A stretch of DNA of 64,000 bases from an uncultured Desulfatitalea sp. (GCA_963668675.2 CAXXMB010000001.1:448001-512000); one strand, 5' to 3'; numbered from the stretch's first letter, positions 1 through 10,579 are shown. Program-made: numbers and translations. Notes: a model not told the origin generated them from the letters alone.

Positions 1-1
1 G

Positions 2-310
2 GGCATTATCGGGCTATGTATGGCATGGGTGATCGCCTATCCCATCCTGTTCGTTTTTATGACCTATCGGGTGCTCAGGATCCTTCAGGTGCCCCCCGGG
101 CAATTCGTCAAGGCGTTCAGCATGCCCCTGGCTGCCAGCGCGGTCATGGTGATAGGACTCGCGGCACTGAAATGGTCTTTGACTATTCCGGTGGTTATCT
201 CGGTAATCGCTTCGGTATTGGTAGGTGTCGTACTGTACAGTGCGACCATGCTGGTTTTGAATCGCAATGAACTGGTGGAAATCCGCTCTATCTTTTCGGC
301 CGGGAACTGA
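2..310 (+). CDS. Polysaccharide flippase (Wzx-like), C-terminal part; 5' end outside the window
   Basis: Frame is open from base 2 (GIIGLCMAWVIAYP...). Several TM helices, directly upstream of a Wzy/ligase gene. Confidence 0.6.
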   Translation, partial: GIIGLCMAWVIAYPILFVFMTYRVLRILQVPPGQFVKAFSMPLAASAVMVIGLAALKWSLTIPVVISVIASVLVGVVLYSATMLVLNRNELVEIRSIFSAGN

Positions 311-321
311 CAGGATATCCA

Positions 322-1641
322 ATGCAGCACCAACGCACCTCCAGAACCATTTTTAAAAAAGAGTCCCTGACCATGGGATACAAGGTCTTTCTGATATGGA
401 CGGTGGTGCTTTACGCTCGCCCCCAGGATTTTTTAACTTTCCTGGAACCATTTCGAATAGGACTGCTTTTTACTGCGATCGCATTGGCAACAGCCATTTA
501 CGGGCCGAAACGACTCTCCTTAAGAGCGCTGCTCAAAACCGGTATTTCCAGGAAATACGCCATCCTCTATCTGCTCATGTTCATCGGCATACCATTTGCC
601 GATCACAGTGGCCGTGCATTCGATTGGGTGGTAATGATCTATCCGGTCAACATGATCTATTTCTTCCTGGCTGTTTTCCACCTGGACACCATCAAGAAGA
701 TCAAACAAACTGCATATGTACTGTGCTTGTCCGTTCTGTTCTACGCTGTGTTCGGCCTGCTAAACGGTTCATATGTAGAGGGCCGTTATGCTGTCGGCAC
801 CATGTACGATCCCAACGACCTTGCACTTTTTATGGTCGGGCTTTTTCCCATCAGCATTCTGTTCCTTGGCAAAGTGCATAACATGAAAACCCGTGTGGTG
901 GCGGTGGCAACCCTGGCTATTGCACCGCTGATCGTTATTATGTCCGGATCCCGAGGCGGATTTGTTTGTCTGGCAGTCGTCCTGTTGATCCTGTTCATGA
1001 CCCAGGTGGGCGGTATTCGACGCTCTCGTAAAATAGGCGCAATCGCACTGGTCGCTGTAACGATTTTTATCTTCAGAGAACAGATGGATATCGAACGGTA
1101 TACCACCTTGTTAACCCTTGAAGAGGATTACAATGTAACCAGCGATACAGGTCGTTTACAGGTGTGGGAATCCGCCTTCAAGCTAATTTTTGCAAATCCA
1201 ATAACGGGTGTGGGTGTGCGTTGTTTTCCGCGAGCCTTCGGATACCTTCGGTTGACCGAAGGGCGAGTGCCGGACTGGAAGGCCGCTCATAATGCATATA
1301 TACAGGTCTGGACGGAAGTAGGATTTCCGGGCATTCTCGTTTTTATGGGAATTATCGCGGCCAGTGTCCGCAGCTATTGGCGCATGTCCAGATGGGATGC
1401 GGTAACTTCCGAGCAAAAGGACCTGAAACTGCTGGGCAGCTTGATGTTAACCGGATTCTGGGGTCATCTGATAGGTGCATTTTTTCTGTCCCAGGCATAC
1501 GGTATGCAGTTCACACTCTTTTTTGCCATGGCGGCTGTGTTTAGGCAGTTGGCGATGGGATGGGCCGCAGAGAAGGCTTCCGAGACGTCAAGAAGCCAAC
1601 CCGGAGAGGCGTCTGAGAAGGTGACGTCGGTCAGAGGGTGA
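322..1641 (+). CDS. O-antigen ligase / Wzy-like polymerase family membrane protein
   Basis: Multi-TM protein with DPNDLA, SGSRGG, GRxxVW, PITGVG and AHNAY motifs. True start may be the ATG at 373. Confidence 0.85.
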   Translation: MQHQRTSRTIFKKESLTMGYKVFLIWTVVLYARPQDFLTFLEPFRIGLLFTAIALATAIYGPKRLSLRALLKTGISRKYAILYLLMFIGIPFADHSGRAFDWVVMIYPVNMIYFFLAVFHLDTIKKIKQTAYVLCLSVLFYAVFGLLNGSYVEGRYAVGTMYDPNDLALFMVGLFPISILFLGKVHNMKTRVVAVATLAIAPLIVIMSGSRGGFVCLAVVLLILFMTQVGGIRRSRKIGAIALVAVTIFIFREQMDIERYTTLLTLEEDYNVTSDTGRLQVWESAFKLIFANPITGVGVRCFPRAFGYLRLTEGRVPDWKAAHNAYIQVWTEVGFPGILVFMGIIAASVRSYWRMSRWDAVTSEQKDLKLLGSLMLTGFWGHLIGAFFLSQAYGMQFTLFFAMAAVFRQLAMGWAAEKASETSRSQPGEASEKVTSVRG

Positions 1642-1675
1642 ACTAGTCAAGGTACAATAAAAGAGAAATCCGAAA

Positions 1676-1928
1676 CCCGGTTCTCCATGAAGATGAAGTA
1701 TCGTCTGTTTTTCTTTATCATACTTTGATTCAGCCACCGGCTCCCCCCTTTTCAAAGGGGGGCGGGGGGGATTTGATTGGCCCTCAACATACTGGAATCC
1801 CCCTAAATCCCCCTTTAAAAAAGGGGGACTTTTATATTGCTTCGTAATGCTTCCATGAAGGAATCAAATGCTTTGCATAGGCCAGCCATAACTACATTCC
1901 GGGCACTTAAGCTTCGTGGAGAACCGGA
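1676..1928 (+). mobile_element. MITE family A copy 1 (~250 bp, IS1595-type ends)
   Basis: TIR CCCGGTTCTCCA...TGGAGAACCGGA. Flanks ATCCGAAA/ATCCGGAA (7/8 match). Internal CCCCCTTT-AAAGGGGG hairpins. Four more copies in the window. Confidence 0.9.
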
Positions 1929-2002
1929 ATCCGGAATTCGAATATCGAAATTCAAAATTCGAAACAAGTCTCAGATATGTTCGGATGAATACCGATCGTA
2001 CC

Positions 2003-2034
2003 ATGTAGGGGCGGGGTTATCCCAGCCCCTACAT
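2003..2034. repeat. GTAG-type REP-like palindrome
   Basis: ATGTAGGGGC...GCCCCTACAT. Related half-copies at ~19842 and ~24432. Confidence 0.7.
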
Positions 2035-2510
2035 AACCTTAAGATTTCATATACTTAGTTCGCTCCAACCGACATGACACATGAATGATTTCTTACGCTT
2101 TCATCAGTATTGGGAGTTCGAATCTTTTATAATAGCTGGATTTCGGCCTTCGCCGGAATGACGATAAAACTTTGTTTCGAATTTAAAATTTAGAACATTC
2201 GAATTTGTCTCGGATTTCGATACTCGAATTTCTTAAAGTGGGGTCGAAATTGTGGCGCTCCCGGCTCGGAGCGTCAAAACATCCGCTTATCGATTGAACA
2301 AGTTACCCAAATTTGCACATTGCGGTTACAAAATATTATACCTTCGAATACTGATTATAACTTAATAAAAACGTATAGATATACATATTTTCCATATTTT
2401 GAGACTGTCGGGGCTCGGTCTTGGCGGTGATTGCTGAAAATGCTCTGAAATAGTCTTGCCATCCGATATTGCCTGATATGTTGGCAATCTATACCATCCT
2501 ACTATGTTTA

Positions 2511-2526
2511 TGGCATCCATGTTGCA
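2511..2526 (+). promoter_or_regulatory. Sigma54 -24/-12 promoter
   Basis: TGGCATCCATGTTGCA (GG-N10-GC), ~80 bp upstream of CDS 2605. Confidence 0.75.
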
Positions 2527-2604
2527 TAATATCCGAATGATTTTCGATCAGATACGCCGGGTGGACACACTTCACCCTGTGTTGCCCCTAACAGGAGGTT
2601 CATC

Positions 2605-4359
2605 TTGAAAAGATTCCACCCAACTATCTTCGTTCTTTTTCTGTTCGTTTTGTTTTTGATTCCCTGCAACGGTTACGCTGCGATCAGCAGCTTCCCATGG
2701 TCGACCACATTCAACTGCCCTGAGTGGGACCAGGGAACAGACGGATGGAACACCATCGACTGCGATGGATTGACGTCGGCAGTGGGCGACTGGTATGCCG
2801 CCGGCCATGGAGAGCAGATCACGTCACCCGCCAACAACCCGAACGGCGGAGGAGGGCGCGGACAGCGCCACTGGATGGGCGCAGGCGGTACCGGTACGGC
2901 CCCCGGCAGTGGTGAGATCGCTTACCAGTTCCCCTCTGCAACCAATCTCTACATGCGGTTCTACTTCCGTCTTCAAAGCGGTATGCCGATAGACCAGGTA
3001 CACTATTGGAAATTGATCTATGGCTACGGCGGGAGTGAGTCGTTTTACCTGGATACAGAAGCCGGCGGCCTTAGCATTTCGCTCTACGACCGCAGCACCC
3101 GTCACACCGGCGGATACGGGCTGGACGATGTCTACGGCAGCACCACATCGGATGGATCGTGGCACGCCATGGAGGTCCATTTCGATCTTCAAAACGGCAT
3201 CTTCGAATACTGGTTCTACCCAAACGGGCAGGACAATGCCATACCGCGCTACCGTTCCACTTCGGTCAACTACCGCATGTCTTCACTCAACCTCTTTAAA
3301 TTTCCGGAAAACCACAAGGCGTCATCATTGCCAAGCGCAGCCATGTACGCCGATTTCGACGATATCGCCATGAGCACCACCGGCCGCATTGGCCCATTGG
3401 GATCCAGCGGCGGGGGAGACACCGGCGGTGGCACGACACCAACACCACCGCCACCTGCCCCAACAGTCAATGCTGTATCAAATCTGCACGTGGTGTCCGG
3501 CTCCTCCAGCGGCGGCAGCACAGGCACTGGAACCGTCATTTTCAACGAGGATTTTGAAAGCACCAACCTGGCAGCCAGTGGCTGGTTCGACAACACCAGC
3601 ATGACCTTCAGCACCGTCGAGCACGTGAGCGGCAGTACGCGCTCTTTGGAGTATACCTTCAACGCAGGCGCCACCAACCCGACATCGGGCGGCGCCATTC
3701 GACGCAGCTTTACCCCCACAGACCAGCTCTACATCAGCTATTACGTCAAATACAGCGCCAACTGGCAGGGGTCAAATCTCAGTTACCAGCCCCACGAATT
3801 TTATCTGTTGACCAACAAAGACAACCCCTGGGGAGGGTTGGCATCGACCCAGTTGACCACCTACATCGAACAGAACGAAGGCACTCCGCTCATCGGTATA
3901 CAGGACTCCCAGAACATCGATGAGTCGAGCATCAACGTGGATCTGACCAATGTGACCGAAAATCGGGCAGTGGCCGGCTGCAACGGCGACTCCGACGGCT
4001 ACGGCGCCGGATCGTGCTATTCGGTGGGATCCACGCATCAGAACATAAAAGAGTGGCGTGCCAATACCACCTATTTCCGGGATGCCACCGGACCCTACTA
4101 CAAGAACGACTGGCACAAAGTAGAGGTCTTTCTCAAACTCAACAGCATATCCAATGGCCGCGGCGTGGCCGACGGCGTGGTACGCTACTGGTTTGACGGC
4201 CAGCCCGTCATCGACCATTCGAACGTGATGTTCCGAACCGCCCAGCACAGCGATATGCTTTTCGAAACACTTGTTATCGGCCCCTATCTGGGCAATGGAT
4301 CTCCAGTCACCCAAACGTTCTGGGTGGACAACCTGCAGATCTACGACGATATGCCATAG
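2605..4359 (+). CDS. Secreted two-domain beta-sandwich (concanavalin / polysaccharide-lyase-like) protein
   Basis: AGGAGG RBS and TTG start; signal peptide ending GYA. Two similar domains (LY..YY, WH..EV, DD/DN motifs) separated by a Gly/Pro-rich linker. Confidence 0.7.
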   Translation: MKRFHPTIFVLFLFVLFLIPCNGYAAISSFPWSTTFNCPEWDQGTDGWNTIDCDGLTSAVGDWYAAGHGEQITSPANNPNGGGGRGQRHWMGAGGTGTAPGSGEIAYQFPSATNLYMRFYFRLQSGMPIDQVHYWKLIYGYGGSESFYLDTEAGGLSISLYDRSTRHTGGYGLDDVYGSTTSDGSWHAMEVHFDLQNGIFEYWFYPNGQDNAIPRYRSTSVNYRMSSLNLFKFPENHKASSLPSAAMYADFDDIAMSTTGRIGPLGSSGGGDTGGGTTPTPPPPAPTVNAVSNLHVVSGSSSGGSTGTGTVIFNEDFESTNLAASGWFDNTSMTFSTVEHVSGSTRSLEYTFNAGATNPTSGGAIRRSFTPTDQLYISYYVKYSANWQGSNLSYQPHEFYLLTNKDNPWGGLASTQLTTYIEQNEGTPLIGIQDSQNIDESSINVDLTNVTENRAVAGCNGDSDGYGAGSCYSVGSTHQNIKEWRANTTYFRDATGPYYKNDWHKVEVFLKLNSISNGRGVADGVVRYWFDGQPVIDHSNVMFRTAQHSDMLFETLVIGPYLGNGSPVTQTFWVDNLQIYDDMP

Positions 4360-4432
4360 CTGTAACGGTATGCCACTATGAACGCCCTCCAAGCTTGGTG
4401 GGTATTCCTTCCGCACTTGACAGAACAAGACC

Positions 4433-4480
4433 GCGCCGGATCGATGGGGAGCGCCCCATGGCTCCGGCGCTTCCCTTTTT
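4433..4480 (+). terminator. Probable intrinsic terminator
   Basis: GCGCCGGA...TCCGGCGC stem with an inner ATGGGG/CCCCAT pairing, followed by TTCCCTTTTT. Confidence 0.5.
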
Positions 4481-4599
4481 CGAAACAAATCCCACGATAA
4501 GCAAACCGCACAAGACCGATTCCGGGATAAAAAAAAGCAACGGAGCACGCCCAATAAACCCCAACGGCTCAACCCGGTCCATTTAGAGGTATTCGCGCT

Positions 4600-5556
4600 G
4601 TGAAAAAAATCTGGATTACATGGGAACATCATCGGCGTACCACAGGACTCGTGGCCGCCCTGGGCGATGTCAAACTGTACGAACTGCAGCTGGATGCCAT
4701 ACGGCCCGTCCGCTATGCCGTGCTGATCCTGCGAACATGGCTGCTGCTGATCAGGGAGGCCCCCGACCTGGTTTTCGTGCAGAACCCGTCCATCGTGCTG
4801 GCCCTGTTCATGACCACCATTGGCAAGTGGTTTGCCGGCCGTGTGGTCATCGACTCTCACAATGAAGGGCTTCGGCCGTTTCACGATCGCTACAACCGTG
4901 TGCTGTCTGTATACCGATACATACAGCGGCAGGCCGATATCACCATCGTAACCAACGAAAACCTGGCTGCGGTCGTTCGCGAAAACCGAGGCCGCGCCGT
5001 CATCCTTCCGGACCGCATACCGCACCTGAGTCAGCCCCGGAAGGTGAAGCTCAAGGGAAAGGTCAACATCGTCTTCATCTGTACCTTCGAAAAGGACGAG
5101 CCCTACCGGGAGGTGATCGACTCGGCCAGACACATCGACCCGGATACCCACATCTACATCACCGGCCGCTACCAGAAAGCGCCTGCCGAGGTGATCGGCC
5201 AGGCCGCTTCCAATGTGACCTTCACCGGTTTTCTGAGCGAGCAGGACTATGCCGATTTGCTCCACTCATGCAATGCGGTCATGGACCTGACCCTAATGGA
5301 AGACTGCCTTGTATGCGGCGCCTACGAGGCGGTCGAACTAGAACGCCCGATGATCCTGTCCGACACAAAAGCCCTGCAGCGTTTTTTCCACGCCGGCGCC
5401 ATCTATACCGCCAACAACGCCCCATCCATTGCACGGGCCATATCCCAAATGCCGAAGGAAGAAAAACGGCTGCAAACGGAGGTCCATCGGTTGAAGACTT
5501 CCCTGAACCGTGATTGGGAGCAGCGGTTTCAAAAATTGCGCACCCTGATCGGCTGA
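4600..5556 (+). CDS. Glycosyltransferase (GT-B, GT4-like)
   Basis: VFVQNPS, DSHN, DEPY, FTGFLS and GAYEAV..P.ILSD motifs. Confidence 0.8.
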   Translation: MKKIWITWEHHRRTTGLVAALGDVKLYELQLDAIRPVRYAVLILRTWLLLIREAPDLVFVQNPSIVLALFMTTIGKWFAGRVVIDSHNEGLRPFHDRYNRVLSVYRYIQRQADITIVTNENLAAVVRENRGRAVILPDRIPHLSQPRKVKLKGKVNIVFICTFEKDEPYREVIDSARHIDPDTHIYITGRYQKAPAEVIGQAASNVTFTGFLSEQDYADLLHSCNAVMDLTLMEDCLVCGAYEAVELERPMILSDTKALQRFFHAGAIYTANNAPSIARAISQMPKEEKRLQTEVHRLKTSLNRDWEQRFQKLRTLIG

Positions 5557-5602
5557 ACCGAAAATGCCAAACCTCTCAAACTACTTCTGCCGAAAAAGAA
5601 AA

Positions 5603-5855
5603 TCCGGTTCTCCACGAAGCTTAAGTGCCCGGAATGTAGTTATGGCTGGCCTATGCAAAGCATTTGATTCCTTCATGGAAGCATTACGAAGCAATAGAAA
5701 AGTCCCCCTTTTTCAAAGGGGGATTTAGGGGGATTCCAGTATGTTGAGGGCCAATCAAATCCCCCCCGCCCCCCTTTGAAAAGGGGGGAGCCGGTGGCTG
5801 CATCAAAGTATGATAAAGAATAACAGACGATACTTCATCTTCATGGAGAACCGGG
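5603..5855 (-). mobile_element. MITE family A copy 2
   Basis: Near-identical reverse complement of 1676-1928. Perfect 8-bp TSD AAAGAAAA (5595-5602 and 5856-5863). Confidence 0.92.
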
Positions 5856-6070
5856 AAAGAAAATTCGAATTTCTCAGAAAGCCTGGATCCCGGCCTTCGC
5901 CGGGATGGCGAAAAACTGACTGGGATGATGAATAAATATCCGGGATGCCGAGCAAGATCTGTTTCGAATTTAGAGTTTCGGATTTGTTTCTGATTTCGAT
6001 ATTCGGGTTTCGGATTTTCTTTTAGGGTATTCAGAATACGAATTTGGAATTTCGGTCATTCGAATATTCT
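5856..6070 (+). repeat. Composite intergenic repeat (TTCGAA/TTTCGGA short-unit runs around a CTGGATCCCGGCCTTCGCCGGGATG hairpin)
   Basis: Same layout recurs at ~9065-9215, 11780-11970 and 12238-12390; partial at 1930-2235 and 15541-15655. Confidence 0.8.
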
Positions 6071-6097
6071 TTCTACAAACAACCACAGTCCAACAAA

Positions 6098-7150
6098 ATG
6101 TCCAAACTCACAAATCGGCTATTTTTCCTAGACAGCTACCGCCTTCTGGCCATCGTTATGGTCATCGGCATACACAGCTTCGCCTATGTCCAGCTTGCGC
6201 CGCAAAGCGAGAGCGTATTGCGGTTTCTGGTGCAGGCCATTGCCGTGCAGGTATTTTTTCTGGTCGACGGATTTCTCTTCGCCGGAAAGCAAAAGCACCA
6301 AACCAACTACCATTTTTGGCAGTACATCGGGAAAAGCGGCCGGAGACTGCTGGTGCCCTGGGTCATCTTCAGCCTGATATATGCCGGTTTCAGATACACA
6401 GTTGAGGCGGCAGGGTGGGTGGATGACCGCCTGATCTACGGACTGCCCGCGGCTCAGTCTCTGGGCCATCTGTACGCATCTATCATCGCCCCGCAGCTCT
6501 ACTTTCTGCCGTCCCTTTTTCTCATCCGGTGCCTGGCGCCGCTGACGCGACGATTGGTGACGAGTCCGATACAGGTGCTGGTGCTCTGTCTTGCGGTCTA
6601 TTGTGCGGCCTATTGGAACATCGATCTGAGACCCTTCTTCATGCAAGGCCAGGATCCTGTGCTGCACGCCCTCTGGGGACTGCAATACTACCTGTTCGGC
6701 ATCCTGGTCTGGCGTATCCGGCACCTGCTGATCGAACACGCATGGCCTGTCGTTTTCATATCCCTGGCACTGGTTTTGTCGACGCGTTTGCTCATGGGAT
6801 ACTTCTCTATTTCCGATGACGTTCTGATGCGTGCCGGTGCCTTCATTTCCCAGTATGGATATTTGCTGGGCACCTTCTGTCTCTTCGCCAAAGTCGTATC
6901 TCGTCCCACGGCTCTGGCGAGGTTCGGCAAATATACTATGGGGATCTACTTGCTGCACGCCCCGGTCGTACTTAAGATCAGTGCGCTGTCGGCCTCCGCT
7001 GTTGTCGGAAGTCAATTGCCCGGCTATATCGCAACCATCGCTATATGTTTCCTTCTATCCCTGTTGCTGACCTGGCTGTTACGCAACGTTGCATTTGGCC
7101 GGCTGTTGCTGGGGGAGGCGACGGTAAAGCCCTCTGCGATTTATCCATGA
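6098..7150 (+). CDS. Membrane-bound acyltransferase (Acyltransferase_3 / OafA-like)
   Basis: RLFFLDSYRLLAI..VIGIH, FFLVDGFL, RRLLVP, LYFL and GIYLLH motifs. Start moved to ATG 6098 because the upstream part of the ORF is repeat-derived. Confidence 0.85.
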   Translation: MSKLTNRLFFLDSYRLLAIVMVIGIHSFAYVQLAPQSESVLRFLVQAIAVQVFFLVDGFLFAGKQKHQTNYHFWQYIGKSGRRLLVPWVIFSLIYAGFRYTVEAAGWVDDRLIYGLPAAQSLGHLYASIIAPQLYFLPSLFLIRCLAPLTRRLVTSPIQVLVLCLAVYCAAYWNIDLRPFFMQGQDPVLHALWGLQYYLFGILVWRIRHLLIEHAWPVVFISLALVLSTRLLMGYFSISDDVLMRAGAFISQYGYLLGTFCLFAKVVSRPTALARFGKYTMGIYLLHAPVVLKISALSASAVVGSQLPGYIATIAICFLLSLLLTWLLRNVAFGRLLLGEATVKPSAIYP

Positions 7151-7162
7151 AAAGGAATTGCC

Positions 7163-9058
7163 ATGTGCGGAATATTCGGTATCGCGTCAGATAAGCTGAC
7201 CATCGATCAGAAAACCCTGGAAGCGCGCACCAACACGCTCGCCCATCGCGGACCGGACGATGCCGGGACGCACCTGGACGAGCGCGCCGGATTGGGGCAC
7301 CGGAGGTTGAGCATCATCGACCTGGCCGGAGGGAAACAGCCCATCTACAATGAAGACGGCTCCAAGTGCATCGTGTTCAACGGAGAGATTTACAACTACC
7401 AATCCCTGCGCGATCAATTGGTGCAAAAAGGACATCGCTTTGCCACGAACAGCGATACCGAAACGATCCTTCACGCTTACGAGGAGTGGGGGGAATCCTC
7501 GGTGGAACTTTTACGGGGCATGTTCGCCTATGCGATCTGGGACAGCACCGCCGGCGAGCTGTTCCTGGCGCGCGACAGACTCGGCATCAAACCCCTTTTT
7601 TATGGAGAGCACAACCGTCACTTCTACTTTGCCTCAGAGATGAAAGCCATACTGGCCGACGCCGCTTTTCCGCGAAAGATCGACGAACAGGCCCTTGCCG
7701 CCTACTTTAACTTTTCCTACATCCCGGCGCCCATGACCATTTTTACCGGGGTCCGCAAGCTTCTGCCAGGGCACACCTTGATGTGGAAGCAGGGGCAGGT
7801 CACCGTGCGCAAGTACTGGGACATTTACTTCGAACCCGATCACACCCGGAGCGAAAAAGAGACCATCGAGACCTACCTTGAGATGATGCAGGAAGCCGTG
7901 AGCATGCGTCTGATGAGCGAAGTGCCCCTGGGCGCCTTCCTCAGCGGTGGTATCGATTCCAGTCTGGTAGTGGCGCTGATGAGCAAGGCAGACACCTCCG
8001 CCGTCAATACCTTTTGCATTGGATTTGGCGGAAACGTCGGAGGGTACCTCGACGAGCGCGATTACGCTCGCATGGTGGCCGAACGATACAACACCCGGCA
8101 TCGGACCATGGAGGTCATCCCCAGCTCCGAAGGACTCATCGACAAAATCGTAACTGCCTTCGACGAACCTTTTGCCGATGATTCGACCATTCCCTCCTAC
8201 TACGTGTGCCAGATGGCCCGGAAGCAGGTGACCGTGGCCCTGTCGGGGCTGGGGGGCGACGAGGCATTCGCCGGGTACGAGCGCTATCTCGGTTTCAAAC
8301 TGCGATCCTTATATACCCACCTGCCCGGGATGCTCACCGGCAACCTGCTGCCCGGCATCGTCAATCGCCTGCCCGAGCGCAGAGACGGACATTACACCAT
8401 TAACCATATCAAGCGATTCATCCGATCGGCCAACCTTCCGCCGGACCTGAGCTACATCGGCTACATTTCCCGGCTTGACCTCCGCACCCGGGAAAGCTTC
8501 TTCAACGACCGCAGCAAATTCGACGGCTACTTGCATGCCGCTGAAGATCAATACCGGGAGCTGTTCAATTCGACCAATGTCAGTTCCGGCAGCGACAGCC
8601 TGGACCGGGTCTTCTATTGCGACCTCAAGACCTATCTTCCCGAAGACATCCTGGCCGTGACCGACCGCATGAGTATGGAGCACGCCCTTGAGGTGCGGGT
8701 CCCGTTTATTGATCACGAAGTGCTGGAATTCTGCGCCACCATTCCGTCCGAAATGAAAATGAAGTGGTTCCGCAAAAAGCACCTTCTCAAAAAGATCGCG
8801 CGACCGTTGCTTCCCCCCCAGGTCATCGACCACCGCAAGCAGGGGTTCGTCGGCCCCATGGCCCAGTGGCTGAAGCACGATTTGAAAACATATGTCATGG
8901 AGACCCTGCACCCGCGAAAACTGGACAAACACGGCTATCTGAATGCTCAAAAAGTGTCAGCGATCCTCGACGACCATTTCAGCGGCCGGGAGATCCATGA
9001 TACGCTGATCTGGTCGATGGTCATCTTTCAAAGCTGGTATGAGAAGTACATTCAATGA
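7163..9058 (+). CDS. asnB: Asparagine synthase-like glutamine amidotransferase (EPS-associated)
   Basis: MCGI N-terminus; HRGPD, LGHRRLSIID, FNGEIYN, LSGGIDSS and EVRVPF motifs. Confidence 0.92.
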   Translation: MCGIFGIASDKLTIDQKTLEARTNTLAHRGPDDAGTHLDERAGLGHRRLSIIDLAGGKQPIYNEDGSKCIVFNGEIYNYQSLRDQLVQKGHRFATNSDTETILHAYEEWGESSVELLRGMFAYAIWDSTAGELFLARDRLGIKPLFYGEHNRHFYFASEMKAILADAAFPRKIDEQALAAYFNFSYIPAPMTIFTGVRKLLPGHTLMWKQGQVTVRKYWDIYFEPDHTRSEKETIETYLEMMQEAVSMRLMSEVPLGAFLSGGIDSSLVVALMSKADTSAVNTFCIGFGGNVGGYLDERDYARMVAERYNTRHRTMEVIPSSEGLIDKIVTAFDEPFADDSTIPSYYVCQMARKQVTVALSGLGGDEAFAGYERYLGFKLRSLYTHLPGMLTGNLLPGIVNRLPERRDGHYTINHIKRFIRSANLPPDLSYIGYISRLDLRTRESFFNDRSKFDGYLHAAEDQYRELFNSTNVSSGSDSLDRVFYCDLKTYLPEDILAVTDRMSMEHALEVRVPFIDHEVLEFCATIPSEMKMKWFRKKHLLKKIARPLLPPQVIDHRKQGFVGPMAQWLKHDLKTYVMETLHPRKLDKHGYLNAQKVSAILDDHFSGREIHDTLIWSMVIFQSWYEKYIQ

Positions 9059-9064
9059 ACCGCT

Positions 9065-9215
9065 GAAACAAATCCGAAATTCAGATTTTTCAAAAAGCCT
9101 GGATCCCGGCCTTCGCCGGGATGACGGAAGAATGGCCGGGATGCTGCGCAAGACATGTTTCGAGTTTAGAATTTCGGATTTCGGGTTTCGAAATTTTCAA
9201 GAGGTATTCGGCTTT
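9065..9215 (+). repeat. Composite intergenic repeat
   Basis: Hairpin CTGGATCCCGGCCTTCGCCGGGATGAC at 9099-9125, flanked by TTCG-rich units. Confidence 0.8.
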
Positions 9216-9243
9216 GGGATTACTCTTTACATAAGGAGCATCC

Positions 9244-10362
9244 ATGCAATTCCTATTCTGGTTAGTAGCTTTCCTTTGCATCTTCTCCTACGCGATCTAC
9301 CCCATTCTGGTATACATATGGACGCTGATCGCCCGCAACCGGTGGAAGCAGGCTGAAATCACGCCCAGCGTCAGCATCATCGTCTCCGTTTACAACGAAG
9401 AGGCGGTGATTGCAGCCAAGCTGGACAATGCGTTGGCATTGGATTATCCCTCCGAACAGCTTGAGATCGTCGTCAGTTCGGACGGATCCACCGACCGTAC
9501 CCATGACATCGTACGCTCCATTGCCGATGACCGGGTAAAATTGCACGAATTCCCACGCTTGGGCAAAACCGCCTGCCTGAACCGGGTCGTACCCCAAGCC
9601 AAAGGCGATATCGTACTGTTTACCGACGCCAACGCCATGTTCCCCAAGGACACCCTGCGCAAGATGGTGCGCAACTTCAGCGATGAACGGGTAGGGCTGG
9701 TCACTGGTGGAACCCGCTATTTCAGCACGGAAAACGAGGAAGAGGTGACCGGACTTTACGCCAAACTGGAGCGCTGGACCAAACAGCACGAAAGCATCAT
9801 CTCTTCATGCGTGGGCGCCGACGGCGCCATATTCGCCATTCGGCGCTCCTTGTTTGTGCCGCTGAAGGGCAATGACATCAACGATTTTATCATACCGCTC
9901 AATGTAATCGAAAAAGGTCATCGCGTCGTGTTGGACCCCGAGGCCAATTGCCAGGAGCCGGCGTCGGATGACGAGGCAAAAGCCTTCCGTCGCCAGGTGC
10001 GCATCACCAACCGCACCGCATGGGCGATCGTGCGCAATCTGCGCTTCCTCGATGTCCGGCGTTTCGGTACTTTTGCCTTCTTCCTGCTCTCCCATAAACT
10101 GCTGCGCTTCGGCGTTCCGTTCTTCTTTATCCTGCTGGGCCTGCTCAACCTACTGGTCATAGGTCAAGGAGCGATCTACATTCTTACATTTCTCGGCTAT
10201 ATCGCATTTGTCGTCCTTGGTCTGCTCAGCTATATCCAAAAAACGAAGAATAAAATCGCCGCTATCTGCAAGTTCTTCCTAATCACGATCACGGCCCAAC
10301 TTATCGGCGTGGCCCGTATGCTAGTGGGAATTGAAGACAAAATATGGACACCGCAGAGGTGA
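9244..10362 (+). CDS. Glycosyltransferase family 2 with TM helices
   Basis: SIIVSVYNEE, SDGSTD, FTDAN, NDF and RRQVR motifs. Confidence 0.9.
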   Translation: MQFLFWLVAFLCIFSYAIYPILVYIWTLIARNRWKQAEITPSVSIIVSVYNEEAVIAAKLDNALALDYPSEQLEIVVSSDGSTDRTHDIVRSIADDRVKLHEFPRLGKTACLNRVVPQAKGDIVLFTDANAMFPKDTLRKMVRNFSDERVGLVTGGTRYFSTENEEEVTGLYAKLERWTKQHESIISSCVGADGAIFAIRRSLFVPLKGNDINDFIIPLNVIEKGHRVVLDPEANCQEPASDDEAKAFRRQVRITNRTAWAIVRNLRFLDVRRFGTFAFFLLSHKLLRFGVPFFFILLGLLNLLVIGQGAIYILTFLGYIAFVVLGLLSYIQKTKNKIAAICKFFLITITAQLIGVARMLVGIEDKIWTPQR

Positions 10363-10401
10363 CGGTGGGTTTCGAATTCAAAATCTATTTTAATCTCCAA
10401 C

Positions 10402-10558
10402 TTGATGCATTCGCAAAAAGTCATTCATACGTCATGCCGGACTTGATCCGGCATCCATAAACCATTGAAAGACTGGATAGCGCGAAAGCTTCACTGCGTG
10501 CCTGGCTTTCGCCGGAATGACGGAAAAAGCACTTTTGGAATTATTACGAGTTCGTTCT
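10402..10558. mobile_element. MITE family B (TTGATG..CG(C/T)AAAAAGTC ends) carrying GTCATGCCGG palindromes
   Basis: Inverted homolog of 20715-20851. One end also at 27580-27601. Confidence 0.65.
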
Positions 10559-10579
10559 ACTTGATGAGCCCCATAAACC

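Noticed and set aside
1837..2058. Short ORFs in repeats (1837, 9039, 12140, 17869, 24475, 27249, 28654)
   Set aside because: They are translations of MITE or palindrome sequence.
3772..5265. 497-aa minus-strand ORF (also 6128-7015, 8309-8950 and similar)
   Set aside because: Antisense shadows of GC-rich genes with no recognisable motifs.
5856..6070. TTCGAA/TTTCGGA periodic runs as a CRISPR array
   Set aside because: Units are ~6-7 bp and degenerate, with no constant repeat-spacer period and no cas genes.
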